This document shows positions 16,995-32,932 of a DNA stretch of 64,000 nt, piece after piece. Both the position numbers and the translations under genes were made by a program. The stretch lies in the NCBI RefSeq assembly GCF_009914755.1, contig NC_060930.1; one strand, written 5' to 3'. The stretch comes from the human T2T-CHM13v2.0 reference genome, Homo sapiens. Under the pieces are notes generated by a model. That model searched no databases. It was not told the origin of the DNA and was given only the letters and a program-made list of their open reading frames with translations. Within the stretch, counting starts at the first letter, position 1. Each line of letters opens with the position of its first letter.

Positions 16995-17593
16995 AATGTA
17001 TTGAGATATGATTGACACTTAAAAAAGCACTGTATATACTTAACATATACAATTTGATGCATTTGGAGGTAAGTATACACCCATGAAACCATCATCATGA
17101 TCAATGACATAAACTTATCCATCACCTGCAAACATTTCTCTAGCCACCCCCCTCCACCTTTTTTTGTCTTTTTATTTTGTTTTGTTTTCTTTTATGTCAA
17201 GGGCACTTAACATAACATTTACCGTCATAGCAAATGTCCAAGTATACCATACAATATTGTTAATCATATGCACAATAATTTCTGTACAAGATTTTTGTTT
17301 GTTTGTTTTTGAGACAGAATCTCACTCTGTTGCCCAGGCTGGAGTGCAATGGCGTGATATTGGCTCACTGCAACCTCCGCCTCCTGGGTTCATGTGATTC
17401 TCCTGCCTCAGCCTCCTGAGTAGCTGGGATTCACAGGTGCATGCCACCACACCCAGCTAATTTTTGTATTTTTAGTAGAGATGGTGTTTCACCATGTTGG
17501 CCAGACTTGTCTCAAATTCCTGACCTCAAGTGATCTGCCCACCTTGGCCTCCCAAAATGCTGGTATTGCAGGCATGAGCCACTCTGCCTGGCC
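16995..17593 (-). mobile_element. L1 3'-end fragment followed by AluS (17297-17593)
   Basis: Reverse L1MA/MB-type terminus, then a reverse Alu dimer. Confidence 0.8.
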
Positions 17594-20500
17594 TACAAAA
17601 CTTTTTAACAGCCCGTAGCTCACTCAGAGCAGCATAAAAATCAACACAAGAATCTACAGCTTAAATGAGAAAGTAGAATGGCAAGAAATTCCAGATCTCC
17701 CAAGAGAAGGTAGAAATATGAACACCAACATCGGAAGCCAAATACATTGGCTGTCTGGAAGTGATGGGAGTTCCTGCCCACAGTCCTCCCTAAAGTTCTT
17801 TCTTTTCCTTGATGGACAACCCATTTGCTTTTTCTCTGCTATTGTCAGGAAGATGATTGGCAAGAGGGGACAATACCTCTTGTTATTGATAGATTCAGTA
17901 AAGAATTGAATCTAACATGTGCCTCTCTAAAGAGCTAGCCCTTAGCAAAAATGTCTCTTTTCACTTTTAAATTGTAAAAATGATACATGCATCATAGAGA
18001 AATCAGAAACCAGAAACCAGAAAAAACAGAAGCATAACCTCTATGTTCTAACAGACTGACTGTGAACTGACTTTTCTCCTATGTATGTTTTTATATGGTT
18101 GAGGTTATAGTGAATAATAGACATTACAATATCATAGTATATTATTTATAATATAGAGTATACTATATATAGCCTATTACAGAATAATATTAACAGTCAT
18201 TCAGTAACCACATAATATTTCACCTGTGGTTAGATCATAATTTACTTAAACATTCCCCTATTACTAATAATTTAGATGGGTTCCCATGTCTGCGATTCAA
18301 AACAGTAATGCAATAATATCCTTGTGCAAAGATCTTTCTCTATATTTGGCCTTGTCCCGGGAATAAAATTACTAAATCAAGTGGTTTGTGTGCTTTAAAA
18401 TTCCTGGGATCCATTGTCAAGTTTTAGCAAACATCTGAAGAAAGAGCAGGTGTGCTTTCCCATTTCCTTCTTCAACGTCCTTTCCTCAAACCTGACTTTT
18501 CTTCCCCTCACTACCCAGAAAGTTGCTGATGACTTCATTTTGACCTAGCTTTGTCTATCACGGAAGATAGCATTCTGGTATATATACTATATGTTTTCGC
18601 ATTATTATGTTAGGGACTTAACGTGCTGCCATCTCTTGGGTGATGAAAAACTTTGAAAAGAGAGGATAGGTGGCAAGGAGAAGAAAATGTAATCCCAAAG
18701 AGTGAATATCTAACAAAAGAATGTTTTTTGTTAGATATAAAAGAATGTGGTGGAAACTAGCGATGGGAAGAAAGTTGAAAGACTGAAGAGGTTCTTCCTG
18801 GAGCTTCTCAAATTAAAGCACTGCTGGGTACACCACTCTCTAGGAGACTTCCCAGTATCTGAGCAGACGTTTCCATTTGCCTAGTAAAGTGATCCTAAAG
18901 GAACACCAATGTAATTTCTTATTTTCATTTTAAAAAGCAATGGCAGGTGATAATTTGTAAACAAGCAGAGGCTTGTTGGTAGAGACCTGGACAGATATCT
19001 TAAGCAATAATGTCTTAACTTCTGCCTGTCGCCTCAATGTTTTCAAACACCAGTGTGGCCAATAAATAGCAAACTGGAGACAGAAAACATGTTGTAATTT
19101 TGCATGGTTAGAGAATAAGGTTCTGGTTAATTAAATATTTTGATTGGTAGAGAATTATTTTAAGTGGGTTACAATAAAATGCACTTACCATCAGTGAAAC
19201 TCTAATTCAGTTCCTCTAGTGGTCAGAATATGGTCCAGTGTTGGAGTCATGATGACTCTAGGATAGAGATTTGTGAAGTGCTGGTTAACAGAAGGCTTGG
19301 ATATGAACTTTAATTATTTTAAGAGAATTGGAATGTACAGGAAAGGGTAGGTGTATGACAAAAACAGGAAGGCTGCATTTGAGGATAGTCATTCACTAAT
19401 TTCATAGATATAATTGAGCACCTACTATGGGCAAGAATTGGGAAGAGAAGGCCAGCCCCAAAGGTCCCCCTATTGCCAAGATTAAAGGGAGACAGGTCAG
19501 CATTTTTCAATCAATTTTATTTCAGATCCACTCTCACACTGTCCTATGAGATGAAAGAGGAAAAAGTTACATTTTTACATGAAAGATTATGATACAGTGT
19601 AGTGATAAAAAATATACACTTTGGGACCTGACTGCCTGGATTTGTATCTTGGTTCTGACATGTGTCAGCTGTGTGACAGTGGGCAAGTTAATTAACCTCT
19701 CTGTGCTTTAGTTTACTCATCTATAAATTAATGATGAAAGTAGATACAACCTCCTAGGGTTGTTCTGAAGATTAGAGTTAATATATTTAGAGCTCTTACC
19801 TCAGGAACCTATCTGCACTTATATTAGTCACTTGTTATAAAAACTGTTGTTAAGACTGAGGCTCTAAAGGTTTCTGGTGATTTGTCTTCAGTGACACGTG
19901 CATTTTTGAGCTGTGGCATTTAGGTCTCCTGACTCATATTGAGTTGCCCAATATTAAAAACATAACTCAAAAGGTCCAAAGGAACTTCCTTTACATACAT
20001 CCACATTCATTCCCACATCCCCTAATACACATGCATTCATACACCAAAAATATTTTCTACTCACTTGAAGGAAATAATTACTATGGTGGGAAACAAAGTC
20101 CATTATTCTTCAATTAGAAAACAAAACAAAACAAAACAAAAACAAACTTAGAATAGTTTGAATGAGGTAAATACATTGGCAAATTAATTCACACTAATGT
20201 GTAAATGACTACCACTTGAGTATTTTCTAATAATGGGATTTGCCAAAAGGATCCTGGGGCCGTTTAGTGGAGAAAAGTTTTACCAACAAGTCACTGAAGA
20301 TGCTGAAAAGCAAACATCCCCACATTGCACTGTACAACAAATGAACTCCCACCAGGGGGTCTCAGAATGCAGCCTGCTGTTTTCAGGACCTCTGAGCCAC
20401 ATTTCCTTGGGCCACATCTATACTTGCCTGGTACTGGCAGAGAACTACAAGAGAACCTATTGACAAGGTCGAGTTACATTGTGGCCTCAGAGTCTAATCA

Positions 20501-21000
20501 TTCAGGCCACTCTCCACAGAAGAGTGAAGTTGATCAAGTTTATCTTCTGGTCCCAGACTTTCAGCTCCTGATATCTCTCTGAATACCAGGCCTACTCTGG
20601 TGTTTATTTTTCCTGCTCTGCCATCTGGCTCCCAATTTCTGTTGCTCTTTCCTCCTTCCTCCTATTTTAAACCTGCTATCAATAATAGATTTGGTGTCAG
20701 TCATTTACCCCATTGGACAGTGCAAATTAACGAGTCTTAACGTGGCTTGGCTAGTTAAGGAACAATTTTTTTTTCTTCCCCTACTGATGATGTTTTTAGT
20801 GATTTTGTTTTTGGAAGCAAGAAAACCTTGGGGCAGGGTTGGGTAATGGAGAGTGCTTCCCAGAGCCCCTGAAATCAAACCTGCGGGTCGCTGCCTTCTC
20901 TATTCACTCATAAAACTACTCCAGTAATCAAGGGGCTTGGAAATTTGACTAAATTTGTTTTTTGTTTTTCTCTCTGTACATTGACTTTTAAATTTAGATT

Positions 21001-22120
<1,120 letters not shown>

Positions 22121-22972
22121 TCATTAGACCAGCCTTTTCTCCATGAGAATGGTATGAAATTTTGCAATGAGCACTCAATTGGAATCAGAGGACTATTGAG
22201 GACTGTCTCCAATTGTCAGAGGACTGTTGGACTATTCTTGGGCTCAAAAATGCTGCCACAACTTTCCAGCTTGGCAGGAAGCTTAAGCTTTCTCTGCACC
22301 TCTGTTTCCTAATTTGTAAAAGAGGTGGAATTATTTACTTCCCAGCATTATTGTGAAGCTTACATGAAATAACCTATGGAGAATCAATTTGTTAAAGCAT
22401 TCCTCACTTTTGCAGGCCTTTGAGCTTGAAGTAAAAAACTTTTCCTAGCTAACATGTGTCACGTTTCTAGCTAACATTCTTTCTTGCCCCCTAACATATC
22501 CCTTGGAGTAAATATTACATCCCTAGCTCAACCACATGTTTTAAATTTACATTCAGTATAACCATTTTTTTTTAAACCAGAGGCACAAAAATCTCCTACA
22601 AGGAGATAATGAAATGTGTCTTCTCTCATCAGTGCAGCAAGGCAGAAATTTATGATCATAATTGCCTACTTTGCGGCAAAGTATCTTTACTATGGTTGCT
22701 AATAAGGCAGTCTTTTTCTAAGAACTGCAGGGAAGTGATGTGGAAGTAAAGGTTTTTTGGCCTGAAGGGACATGCTGAGAAATGAAGCTGTTGGCAGAAA
22801 ACTTATCCTTGGCAGCATTTGGTGGGATGAGGCGATAGACTCATTCCCTCACTCCCTGTGGCCTGTCTCCTTCAAGGCAGGACACCCTAAGCTTAGGGAG
22901 CATCAGAGAGGGTGTTAAAGGGTGAGAACACCATTGGCTTGCCTGTTAACATGTTACTTTTGTCGCCCTCAG

Positions 22973-23101
22973 CCCAGCATCAGCGGGGTGGACCTTGATA
23001 AGTTCCGCGAGATTCTCCTGCGTCACTGCGACGTGAACAAGGATGGAAAAATTCAGAAGTCTGAGCTGGCTTTGTGTCTTGGGCTGAAAATCAACCCATA
23101 A
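22973..23101 (+). CDS. SCGN: Secretagogin last coding exon (probably exon 11), [42 protein letters not shown]
   Basis: ctcag|CCC...CCA TAA; 129 nt; EF-hand 6 loop [12 protein letters not shown]; known C-terminus ...LKINP. Confidence 0.97.
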   Translation, partial: PSISGVDLDKFREILLRHCDVNKDGKIQKSELALCLGLKINP

Positions 23102-23550
23102 TCCCAGACTGCTTTGCCTTTTGCTCTTACTATGTTTCTGTGATCTTGCTGGTAGAATTGTATCTGTGCATTGATGTTGGGAACACAGTGGGCAAACTCA
23201 CAAATGGTGTGCTATTCTTGGGCAAGAAGAGGGACGCTAGGGCCTTCCTTCCACCGGCGTGATCTATCCCTGTCTCACTGAAAGCCCCTGTGTAGTGTCT
23301 GTGTTGTTTTCCCTTGACCCTGGGCTTTCCTATCCTCCCAAAGACTCAGCTCCCCTGTTAGATGGCTCTGCCTGTCCTTCCCCAGTCACCAGGGTGGGGG
23401 GGACAGGGGCAGCTGAGTGCATTCATTTTGTGCTTTTCTTGTGGGCTTTCTGCTTAGTCTGAAAGGTGTGTGGCATTCATGGCAATCCTGTAACTTCAAC
23501 ATAGATTTTTTTTGTGTGTGTGGAAATAAATCTGCAATTGGAAACAAAAA
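23102..23550 (+). other. SCGN: SCGN 3' UTR (end approximate)
   Basis: Sequence between the stop codon and the first canonical poly(A) signal plus about 20 nt. Confidence 0.8.
23525..23530 (+). terminator. SCGN: SCGN polyadenylation signal AATAAA
   Basis: AATAAA with a U/GU-rich upstream tract and a downstream GU-rich element (tgcttttgtcttgtg, about 23563-23577). Confidence 0.85.
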
Positions 23551-24620
23551 TGTACTGGTAATTGCTTTTGTCTTGTGACCTTTGAAATGTTCTACCTGAT
23601 GGTTTGACTAACAAACCCCTTATCTAATGGGGATCGGGGGAATGGTGGAGAAGGAGAGTGAAGGGCAATATCTTAAAAGAAATCCACACCACCAATCCTT
23701 CTATAGTCCTCACATGCCCTCACTAGGGCTGACTTCCTGGTGAGCTGGCATTAAAGTGAGAGCTGCCAATAATCACTTTTTATTGGAAGGAGGAGACCAG
23801 AACACTCATCCTGGACTGGGGTTTGTTCTTAAGTGCTTGGTGAGCTCACATGGCTAGGCAGGTAGATATAGAGAAGAAGTATGAAGAAAATGTTTCCCAA
23901 GTAACCCGGGCTCCCCTCTCCATCCCTTCCTTTTCCAACAGTGCTCCCCAGCAAATCTGGGACCACGACAGCCTTCTTCTAGGTACGTGAGTGCCTCTCA
24001 TGGGTGCCTCTGCATGCTCCTGGCCCCAACATGTGCCCTGCTCTCTTCTCTCCTGGAACTCTGATGCCATCCCCATGGAAAGGAGACTGTTGGGGCAAGG
24101 GGAGAGTTTCTGCAGGGTAGGCCCCACTTTCCTTTACTGTCTTCATCCTTTATTCTTCATAACACCCCTACCTTATACTAGACTGTGTAGTAATTTCAGG
24201 CTTAGTGAAGTGTTACAGATAATTCAGAAAAATTAGTGTAGAACAGTGTATTTAGAGCTGTTCATAACCCACGAATTCTGTTTACAGGGGTTCCCTTCAT
24301 TGCACACCGTCGTCCTAACCTGATTTTCTTCCCTTCATGTCACCCTTACCTCCAACATATAGATAATTCATATTAAGAACTGCTATTTACTAAGTGCTTT
24401 CTATGTGCCAAGTACTTCTAGGTGCTTTCCATACCTTAAGTAATTTAATCTTCACCAAATCCCTGTGAGATAGGTACTATCATGATACTCATCTTAGAGA
24501 TGAAGAAACCAAGGTAGATAGAAGCTAAACAATATGTTCGTTATCATAGCTCTTAGAAGTGGGAAGTCAGGGAGTCTGACGCTGGAACCACGTGCTCCTA
24601 ACCACCACTTTATTTTTTAA

Positions 24621-24760
24621 TTTTTTTTTTTTTTTTTTTTTTTTGAGATGGGCTTTCGCCATGTTGCCCAGGCTGGTCTCAAACTCCTGGGCTCAAGTGA
24701 TCCACTCGCCTCAGCTTCTGAAAGTGCTGGGATGACAGGCATGAACCACCATGCCCGGCC
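24621..24760 (-). mobile_element. Free left Alu monomer (FLAM-like) next to a MIR (about 24380-24610)
   Basis: Single monomer with T tract; TSD-like aaccaccacttta / aacaaccacttaa. Confidence 0.8.
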
Positions 24761-25329
24761 AACAACCACTTAATTACAGACAATTTTCACGTACCTTTCA
24801 GGAAGCCTTGGCCCCTTCCTGCAGGTTCTTTCTCACAGTGGGATCCGCCACACCTCCCAGAAGAACAATTCTCCAAGTCCGGGTCATTCAACCTGGAGTA
24901 CACTTTGTAGGAGCTTAAAGAGAGTTCAGGAAGCACCACAGGGTGAACCACACATGCCAGATTCTTCTGTTGATTGTCCAAATGGTGAGCTAACTGTGCA
25001 CACATACACTCTTCACAGAACAAACAACCATTTTCAGGATTGAGACTGCCTGAACCCACAAAGAGGAAAAGACATTCTCTATTTCCAGGACATCACATTA
25101 TTCTGCAGTGATTAATTCCTCTTAATCTCCTGTTTTCTTGTTGTGTTTTAAATAACAGAAGCCTTTTATTTTAACATAGTTGAATTTATTTTATATTTAT
25201 TTATTGCAACATATTTTATGTTTGGTTTGAGAAAACCCACTCTATATGTCACAAATGCATTCTCTTCCACTATCACTTTTTTAAACTTTAAAAAAATTAT
25301 AGTCATAGATACATATGTGTGTGTTTGTA

Positions 25330-25960
25330 ACATAACAATTGCCATGTAACCATTTTAAGTGTATAATTCAGTGGCACTAATTACATTTACAATCTTGTGC
25401 AATGATTACCACTATGTCTAAAGTTTACTCATCACCCCAGACAGAAACTCTGTACCCACTAAACGATAACTCCCAATTTCCCTCTTCTCCATTCTCTGTT
25501 AAGCTCTAATCTATGTTCTGTCTATATGAATTCACCTATTCTAGATATTTTATATAAGTTTCATCATAAAATATTTGACCTTTTGTGTCTGGTTTGTTTT
25601 ACTAAGCATCGTAATTTCATGATTTATCCATGTTGTAGCACATATCAGAATGTCATTCCTTTTTATGGCTGAATTATTTTCCATTGTATGAGTAGTCTAT
25701 ATTTTGTTTATTCATTTGCCTGTTGATTGACATTTGGTTTGTTTCCACCCTTTGGTTATTGTAAATAATGCTGCAAGGAACATTGGCATATGAGCATCAG
25801 CGTCCCTGTTTTCAGTTCTTTTGTGTATATATGTAGGAGTGGAACTGGTGGTTCATATATTAATTCTATGTTTGTCTTTTTGAGGAAATGCCAAACTATT
25901 TTCCATATAGCTGCAATATTTTACATTCCCACTAGCAATGTAAGAAGGCTCTAATTTTAA
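25330..25960 (-). mobile_element. L1 (L1MB-like) 3' end
   Basis: Reverse L1 3' UTR/ORF2 C-terminal motifs. Confidence 0.8.
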
Positions 25961-28849
25961 TCTCCTGTTTCTAAATACAGCTTTTTCTGGAACTGGCAAA
26001 AATCAGAACTAGACCCAAGGCTGAGCCATATCTACTTAATTTATGACTCTTCCTTTAGCTACACGAAGAGAGTCTTCGAGGTTTGCTGCTCCTGCAATGG
26101 GTGTACTGCATTCTTAGCTAAAGATGTGCATCCTCTTCCGTGTCTATCTAGTGGTGGCTGAGAGGAGGATGAGGATGGGAAGGGACGTTTTATTCTTTTA
26201 GGAATAATTTGTTCAGACCCATTGAAAGAAGCTACTTACCTTGAGCACCAGCAAGCTTTTAGTCATGGCACATAGCTGAGACTCTATCAGAAGCTCTCAG
26301 GTTTCCTGCTCTATTACAATCTTAAGTTGAAGACCTTTCCAAGCATGCAAAGAAAGGGCTGGTGAGGAATGAGTTAACTATATCCTATAATGTAGGTGCT
26401 GGTAGATTCATTTATGGATGGCCAAGGAAGATAAATGGACTTAGGTTTTTCTTGAAAAACCAGAGGCAGATCAGGGAGCTGAAGTAGAGGCTCCTAGTAG
26501 GCAGAAGTCTCTTATCAGAGCCCATGTAATATATATTTGATGTGTTGGGAAAAAGTGGAATGGCATCCTGAAAGCTGTGCTTTGGTCCAAAGATGTGTGT
26601 TCATCCATTCATTCAACAAATACCTATTAAGAATGAATGAAGCCTTCTTCAATTGGTCAGGCCCTCAGACACCACTCCCTCCCCTGAATTATGATCCCAG
26701 GTAGTCACTGTCATACTCATCTGCCAACTATACCTCCAAATAGTGTTAATTTATATTTATGGATACTTTCCTTCTTAAGTAGATTGTAAAGTTATTGATA
26801 CCAAGGAATTGTGTATTGCAATCCTTTGTATATGAAGCATTTTAGTTGTAATCAAGAATGCTGTTGATAGTGGTGGTGGTGATGCTGTTGGTGGTGATGA
26901 TGGTGTTGGTGGACTAAGAATCTACTGCACAACATAGTTGGGGATTGGGCGGTGCTTAATGTAATCTTTTATTGGGTCTACATGATTATAAAGCAAAATA
27001 AAAATGTAATTATTTTTGCTGCATAGTGTAGCCTAAAATAAATAGTTAAGTGATAGATCTCAATCACTCATTTTTGTAAAATTTCAGTAAAATTGGTGTG
27101 GGTATCCAGCTTTACTTTATCTCTTGATATTGCAATTTCTGGTCAATTCAGCCCCAAATTCTATAAAACCCAGTAGCTGGAGTGGACTTAATATAACACA
27201 AATAACAGACTTTCTGATTAAACCTGAACAAGGCTTGGTGTAAAAACAACTTCAGAGGCCTTACTGCCAGACCCATAAGCTTCAGTTTTTCTTCTTGATG
27301 ACTTATTTGTTTATAAGTTCTTGAAGGCAAAAGCTTATAGGTTTTTGTAGGTTTTTATTTTAGCAATAGTTAGCTTATTTTTGCTTTATCAGGGTCAGGG
27401 ATACTTAGAGCCATGACCTCCTCTGTGAGACTTTTAGGACAATGTTGAGTTTCTAACTATCATAACAAACAGTCAAAACCTGGGAGATAAACACCTGCTT
27501 CTGTCTCCTCAAGGACCTTCTCTCTTCATTCCCTCCAGGGTTAAAGGAACTAATTATTTTGACTGTGGACCTTCCCTTGTTTTTCTTAACATTCTGGGCC
27601 ATCTTCCACTGACATCAGTCCCACTCTCCTCTGCTCCCACATTCCCTCCAGCCTCCCTCCTCTCTCTGCAGTGACTTCACAGCTCCCTAGTCTCTCTTCT
27701 TGACCTTTTTCTAATCTCTTCTTTCCACCTTCCATTTCATCCCTTTTGCTCTTGACCAATTAAAATGTGCCCTTTCTTCTTGGATCTCAAGTCCTAACTT
27801 TTCCATAAATCTGCTCCAATACTCTCCACTATCTCTTTTCACCCAATTTCTATTATTCTTTAATTAATATCCATAATTTAATCCTAATTCTCCTGTAGTT
27901 GCTGTATCTGTGTGTGTGATACATATGTGTGTATGTCACCTCCAACGAGGTGAAAACCTTCCAGTAAGATCTGGAACCCTGGTTTTAGACTTTGGTAGCA
28001 ACTCCATCTGGCCCTGCCAGACCACTACATGAGTATACATCTCCTAGCACAGTTACCAGCACAATTGAGAAACTTTCATCACCGAGCGATGGAGAAAGCC
28101 TTGCCTCTGAGGCTGGTTCCCTGCTATTTATTTCCAATTCTGACTCTTCCTAGCTGTATAGCCTGGGGAAAATCAACAAATCTCTCTATATATCCATTTC
28201 CTTATCTGAAAAATAATACTGACTTCTGGTGAAAATGATGCTCTATGTTCAGGATTTGAGCAAGCATATCCCCGGGCCACCACTCCAAATGCATAGCACT
28301 GTCAGAATCAGTGATAAGAAATAATTTTAAAAAATAAGGCTCACAAATAAGACGAGACTTTTCCTGTAGGATAAAGCAGAGCCTGAGGTCTTGCTGGGCT
28401 CCAGATTCTGAGGCAAGAAGGGGCAGCAGCCGGCACCAGAAAAGTCCCTGAGCAGGGAGAAAGGAGTGGGTCTCACTGCTCAAAACCAGGGGCTGGAGAT
28501 GGACTTCACAGGCATGAAAAGAGGCTGGAAAAGCTGAGAGGCGCTGCTGGGCCAAAGGCTTATGAGTGGCTCAAACCTAGGGAGCTGGACCTGTGCCAGG
28601 TCACTCACTGCACCATTATGCAACCTCTAACATCCACAGCATTTTTAGAGGGAAGGAGTCACAGTCCCCCAGTGCAAAATGTAGGTTTTAAGCTATGGCC
28701 CTAAAAGGCCAGTCTTATGTAAGCACCAAGCTACTGGACAAGAACTTAGAAGAGACACAGAGAGAAAGAGAAATAAAAAGAGAAAGAGAGAGAAAGAGAA
28801 AGAAAGAGATCATTTTTTATTCACATAAGCCTGCAAACTTTAATTCTAA

Positions 28850-29542
28850 AGCTCATAAGGTTAGAAATAGAACTATCAGCAATCCTTCTTCTGAGTATAT
28901 GCCCAAAAGAGAAGAAATCACCACCACCTTGTAAAGATATCTCACCCTGATGTTCACTGCAGCACTATTCACAGTAGCCAAGATATGGAAAAAGTCTACA
29001 TGTCCATTGACAGATTAATGAATAAAGAAAATGTGGTATATATATTCAGCCCTAAAAAGGAAGGAGAGCCTGCCATTTGCCACAACATGAATGGACCTGG
29101 AGGACATTATGCTAAGTGAACTAAGCCAGACACAAAAAAGAAAAATACTGCATGATCTCACTTATATGTGGAATATTTGGGGTTTTGTAAAAAAGAGCTC
29201 AAATACACAGAGATAGAGGATGAAACAGTGGTTGGGGGGTGAGGAGGGGACGGCACAGGCAGTCGGGAGATGTAGGTCAAAGGATATAGAATAGCAGGTA
29301 TACTAGGATGAACAAATTTAGAGATCTAATGTACAACATGAGGACTGAACTTAATAAAATTGTATTAGGATTTTATGTTATATAAGTAGATTTTAGCTGC
29401 CCTTGTCACAAAAAATAACCACGTGAGATGACAGATATTTTAATCTGCTTCATTATAGTAACTATTTTACTATCTATATATGTCCCATAACATCATGTTG
29501 TAAGACCCAAATATATGCAATAAAATTTACTTTAAAAATAAA
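28850..29542 (+). mobile_element. L1 (L1MA-like) 3' end
   Basis: tgttcactgcagcactattcaca...gaggacattatgctaagtgaa...aataaaatttac. Confidence 0.82.
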
Positions 29543-30486
29543 TAGAGCAAAAAGTTTTTAAGGTCATTGGGAAAAAAGCTCATGAGAAAAGCTAATGCTG
29601 AAGAGACTATTACAAAATCAATACCCAGGGAGTAAACAAATGAAATAAAAACAATACAGCCATATAAAAATACCTTCAAAATAGGTATGTTTGTATTTGC
29701 TTAAATATATGTAACTTATGTTTGTAAAGGAATCTGTAACTTACTTGCCTCCAGGAAGAGGCACTGGGTGACAGGGTAGGAAGGAGACTTCACGGAATAT
29801 TCTTTGTACCTTTTGAATTTTGAACCACATGAATGTATTATCTACTTAAACAGATATATAAACATAAAATTTAATAATTATAATACCAGTATATGTTTGC
29901 TTAGAACTCTTACAATAATAAAGGTATAATAATTAAAACAATTATTTTAAAATAGGCAGAATGAAATATAAGCAAGTGGACATAAATAAGAACCCATTAA
30001 AATAATGAAAATAAAATATATAATTACTGAAATAATATCAGTGCAAGAAATAACTTTTGACGGGTCACAGTTGGAATCAGTGAATACACATATTGCAGAC
30101 ACTTCACACAGGAAGACACACAGAGACACACTAGATAAAAATTAAAAAGAAGATAATAGTTTTTAGAGTCCACAACATATGTCTATAGCAATTGCATACA
30201 GAGAATAAAAATAGTGGATCAATACAACTTGAAGAGATAACAATTGAGTTTCCAGAAATGAAGACATGAATCCTCCAAATGTGAATACATATTGAATTCT
30301 AAACCTGGTAAATAAAAATAAACCCACACCAGAAACTCTATATTGAAAATGTAGAAAATAAAGGCTAAAAAAATCTCAAAAGCTGAGAAAAAGGAGAAAA
30401 TTATATACTAAATAATAACTACATTGCCAGTAGATTTTTATCAGCAAAGACAGATAACAAATGGACAGTGGAGTATTTCCAAGTAA

Positions 30487-30853
<367 letters not shown>

Positions 30854-31171
30854 TGAAAGACTTTACATAGACAAATATTTTGAGGGCTTTACTCAACTTC
30901 CACCATATATTCTTATTAAGAACTACATAAGGATGTATTTAAGCAGAAAACTAAATCCAAAAGGAAGTGTGGGATGCATAGTATGGAAAATGATTTTAAA
31001 ATATTTAAGCTTTAAAATGGACAGAGATTTGGCTAAAAATTGATTTGTAAGGATGTTCACTACAGTACTAGCTGTAATATACAAAAGTATGGAAACAACC
31101 AAGATGCCCAATAGTGTTACTCCAAACTTTGCAACACTTCATTTTTATTAAAAATCTGGACTCTTAAAACA

Positions 31172-31442
31172 TTTTTTTTGAGACGGAGCCTTGCTCTGTC
31201 GCCCAGGCTGCAGGGCAGTGGCATGATCTCAGCTCACTGCAACCTCCGCCTCCCGGGTTCAAGTGAGTCTCCTGCCTCAGCATCCTGCGTAGCTCGGAAT
31301 AGAGGCGCCCAGCAGTTTTGTATTTTTCAGTAGAGAAGGGGCTTCACCATTGTTGGCCAGGCTAGTCTCGAACTCCTGACCTCAGGTGATCTGCCCGCCT
31401 CTGGAAGTGCTGGGACTATAGGCGTGAGCCACACGCGCGGCC
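31172..31442 (-). mobile_element. AluS-like with internal deletions
   Basis: Reverse Alu dimer missing segments of the linker and left arm. Confidence 0.85.
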
Positions 31443-31556
31443 TAAATAGCTGTCTTTCGTGGATTACATAATAATCTCAGAAACTGTCTTTGTGGCCTAT
31501 TTTCCTGGGAGTAGAGATTAAAGTATTTTATTGAAAAAAGATGGCAAAAGTATAGT

Positions 31557-32298
31557 GTTGGAAAGGAGCAGCTCCCTTGTCTTTCTCGCAGGGAATGCGA
31601 TGTAGCAGTGACCTGCTTCTTCCCTGCCCCGCTGCTGAAATCTCTAGGGCAGTACACAGAGAACCAGGTTATGGTACTGTAACGCTATGGCAGTGCCTAA
31701 GGGATCAATGTCTACAACTCCTGAAGCCCCAGCGGACTTGTTACAGGGCCCTGCAGTTTGTCTCGTTGTCTGTAGGCGGCTTATGTTAAACACCTCAATT
31801 AAACCGTCTACCGTAAGAACATGTAACTTTCTCTCAAGCTCTTGGTCTATGGATAGGTAGGCTTGGAAAATGAGTGGAAGGTCTTCAGAACGCAGCAGGC
31901 ATAAAATGTCCAACAGTGGAGGAGCAAAGCTTTCTCCTGCTGTCAGAAGCCTGCTGAACAGCCCGAATCCTCCTGGCTGTTCTGACTGAGCTTCACCCCT
32001 TTCTGCCAGTGGATAACTTGCCAGCGGCGTGCTAGTTCTCGTTCTCGCGTTCCTCCAGCAGTATAAAGCTCTGAACGAACAGTTGTCTCTGTGTCCGCTT
32101 GCTACGGTCTCGGGGGTTTTTATAGGCACAGGATGGGGGCGTGGCAGGCCAAGAAGGTCTTGGGAAATGCAACCTTTGGTCAGGGAAAAAAACAATGCCT
32201 GTCTTCACCTAGGTCCGTGGGCACAGGCTCGGGGCGGACCCCTAGCCAAGGACCACGCCCTCCTCTACCCAGTACTTCTCTTTCCGCTTCGGTACCAT
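31557..32298 (-). mobile_element. ERV1 solo LTR of the MER52/LTR27/LTR28 group (left boundary uncertain)
   Basis: Minus strand begins tggtaccgaagcggaaagagaagtactgggtagaggagggcgtggtcc...ggacctaggtgaagacaggca...cacgcccccatcctgtgcctataaaa. Confidence 0.7.
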
Positions 32299-32547
32299 TT
32301 AAACGGACCATGCCCTTCCTTTCCATATCAGTATTACGCAACTCAAAAAAGGCGCAATGACATTTTAAGATTAAGAGTACAAACAAAAAATTACAAAAAA
32401 GTGGACAGGAATGAATTAGGAATTCAAAGTAAAGATCAGATTATTCACTATTTTAGAAGTAGCATTCCAGCAACTTAGAGATACTGTTTAGGAAAAAGAA
32501 ATGTGTCTATCTTGACTCTATTCCGTTATGTTAAATTAAAAAGAAAA

Positions 32548-32932
<385 letters not shown>

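Noticed and set aside
22973-22983. Alternative AG acceptors just inside the last SCGN exon (and AGAG at 12819-12822)
   Set aside because: They would shift the frame, and the sequence gives no evidence of use.
31644-32478. 183-aa and 149-aa ORFs
   Set aside because: They lie within a GC-rich solo LTR and resemble no known protein; expected chance ORFs.
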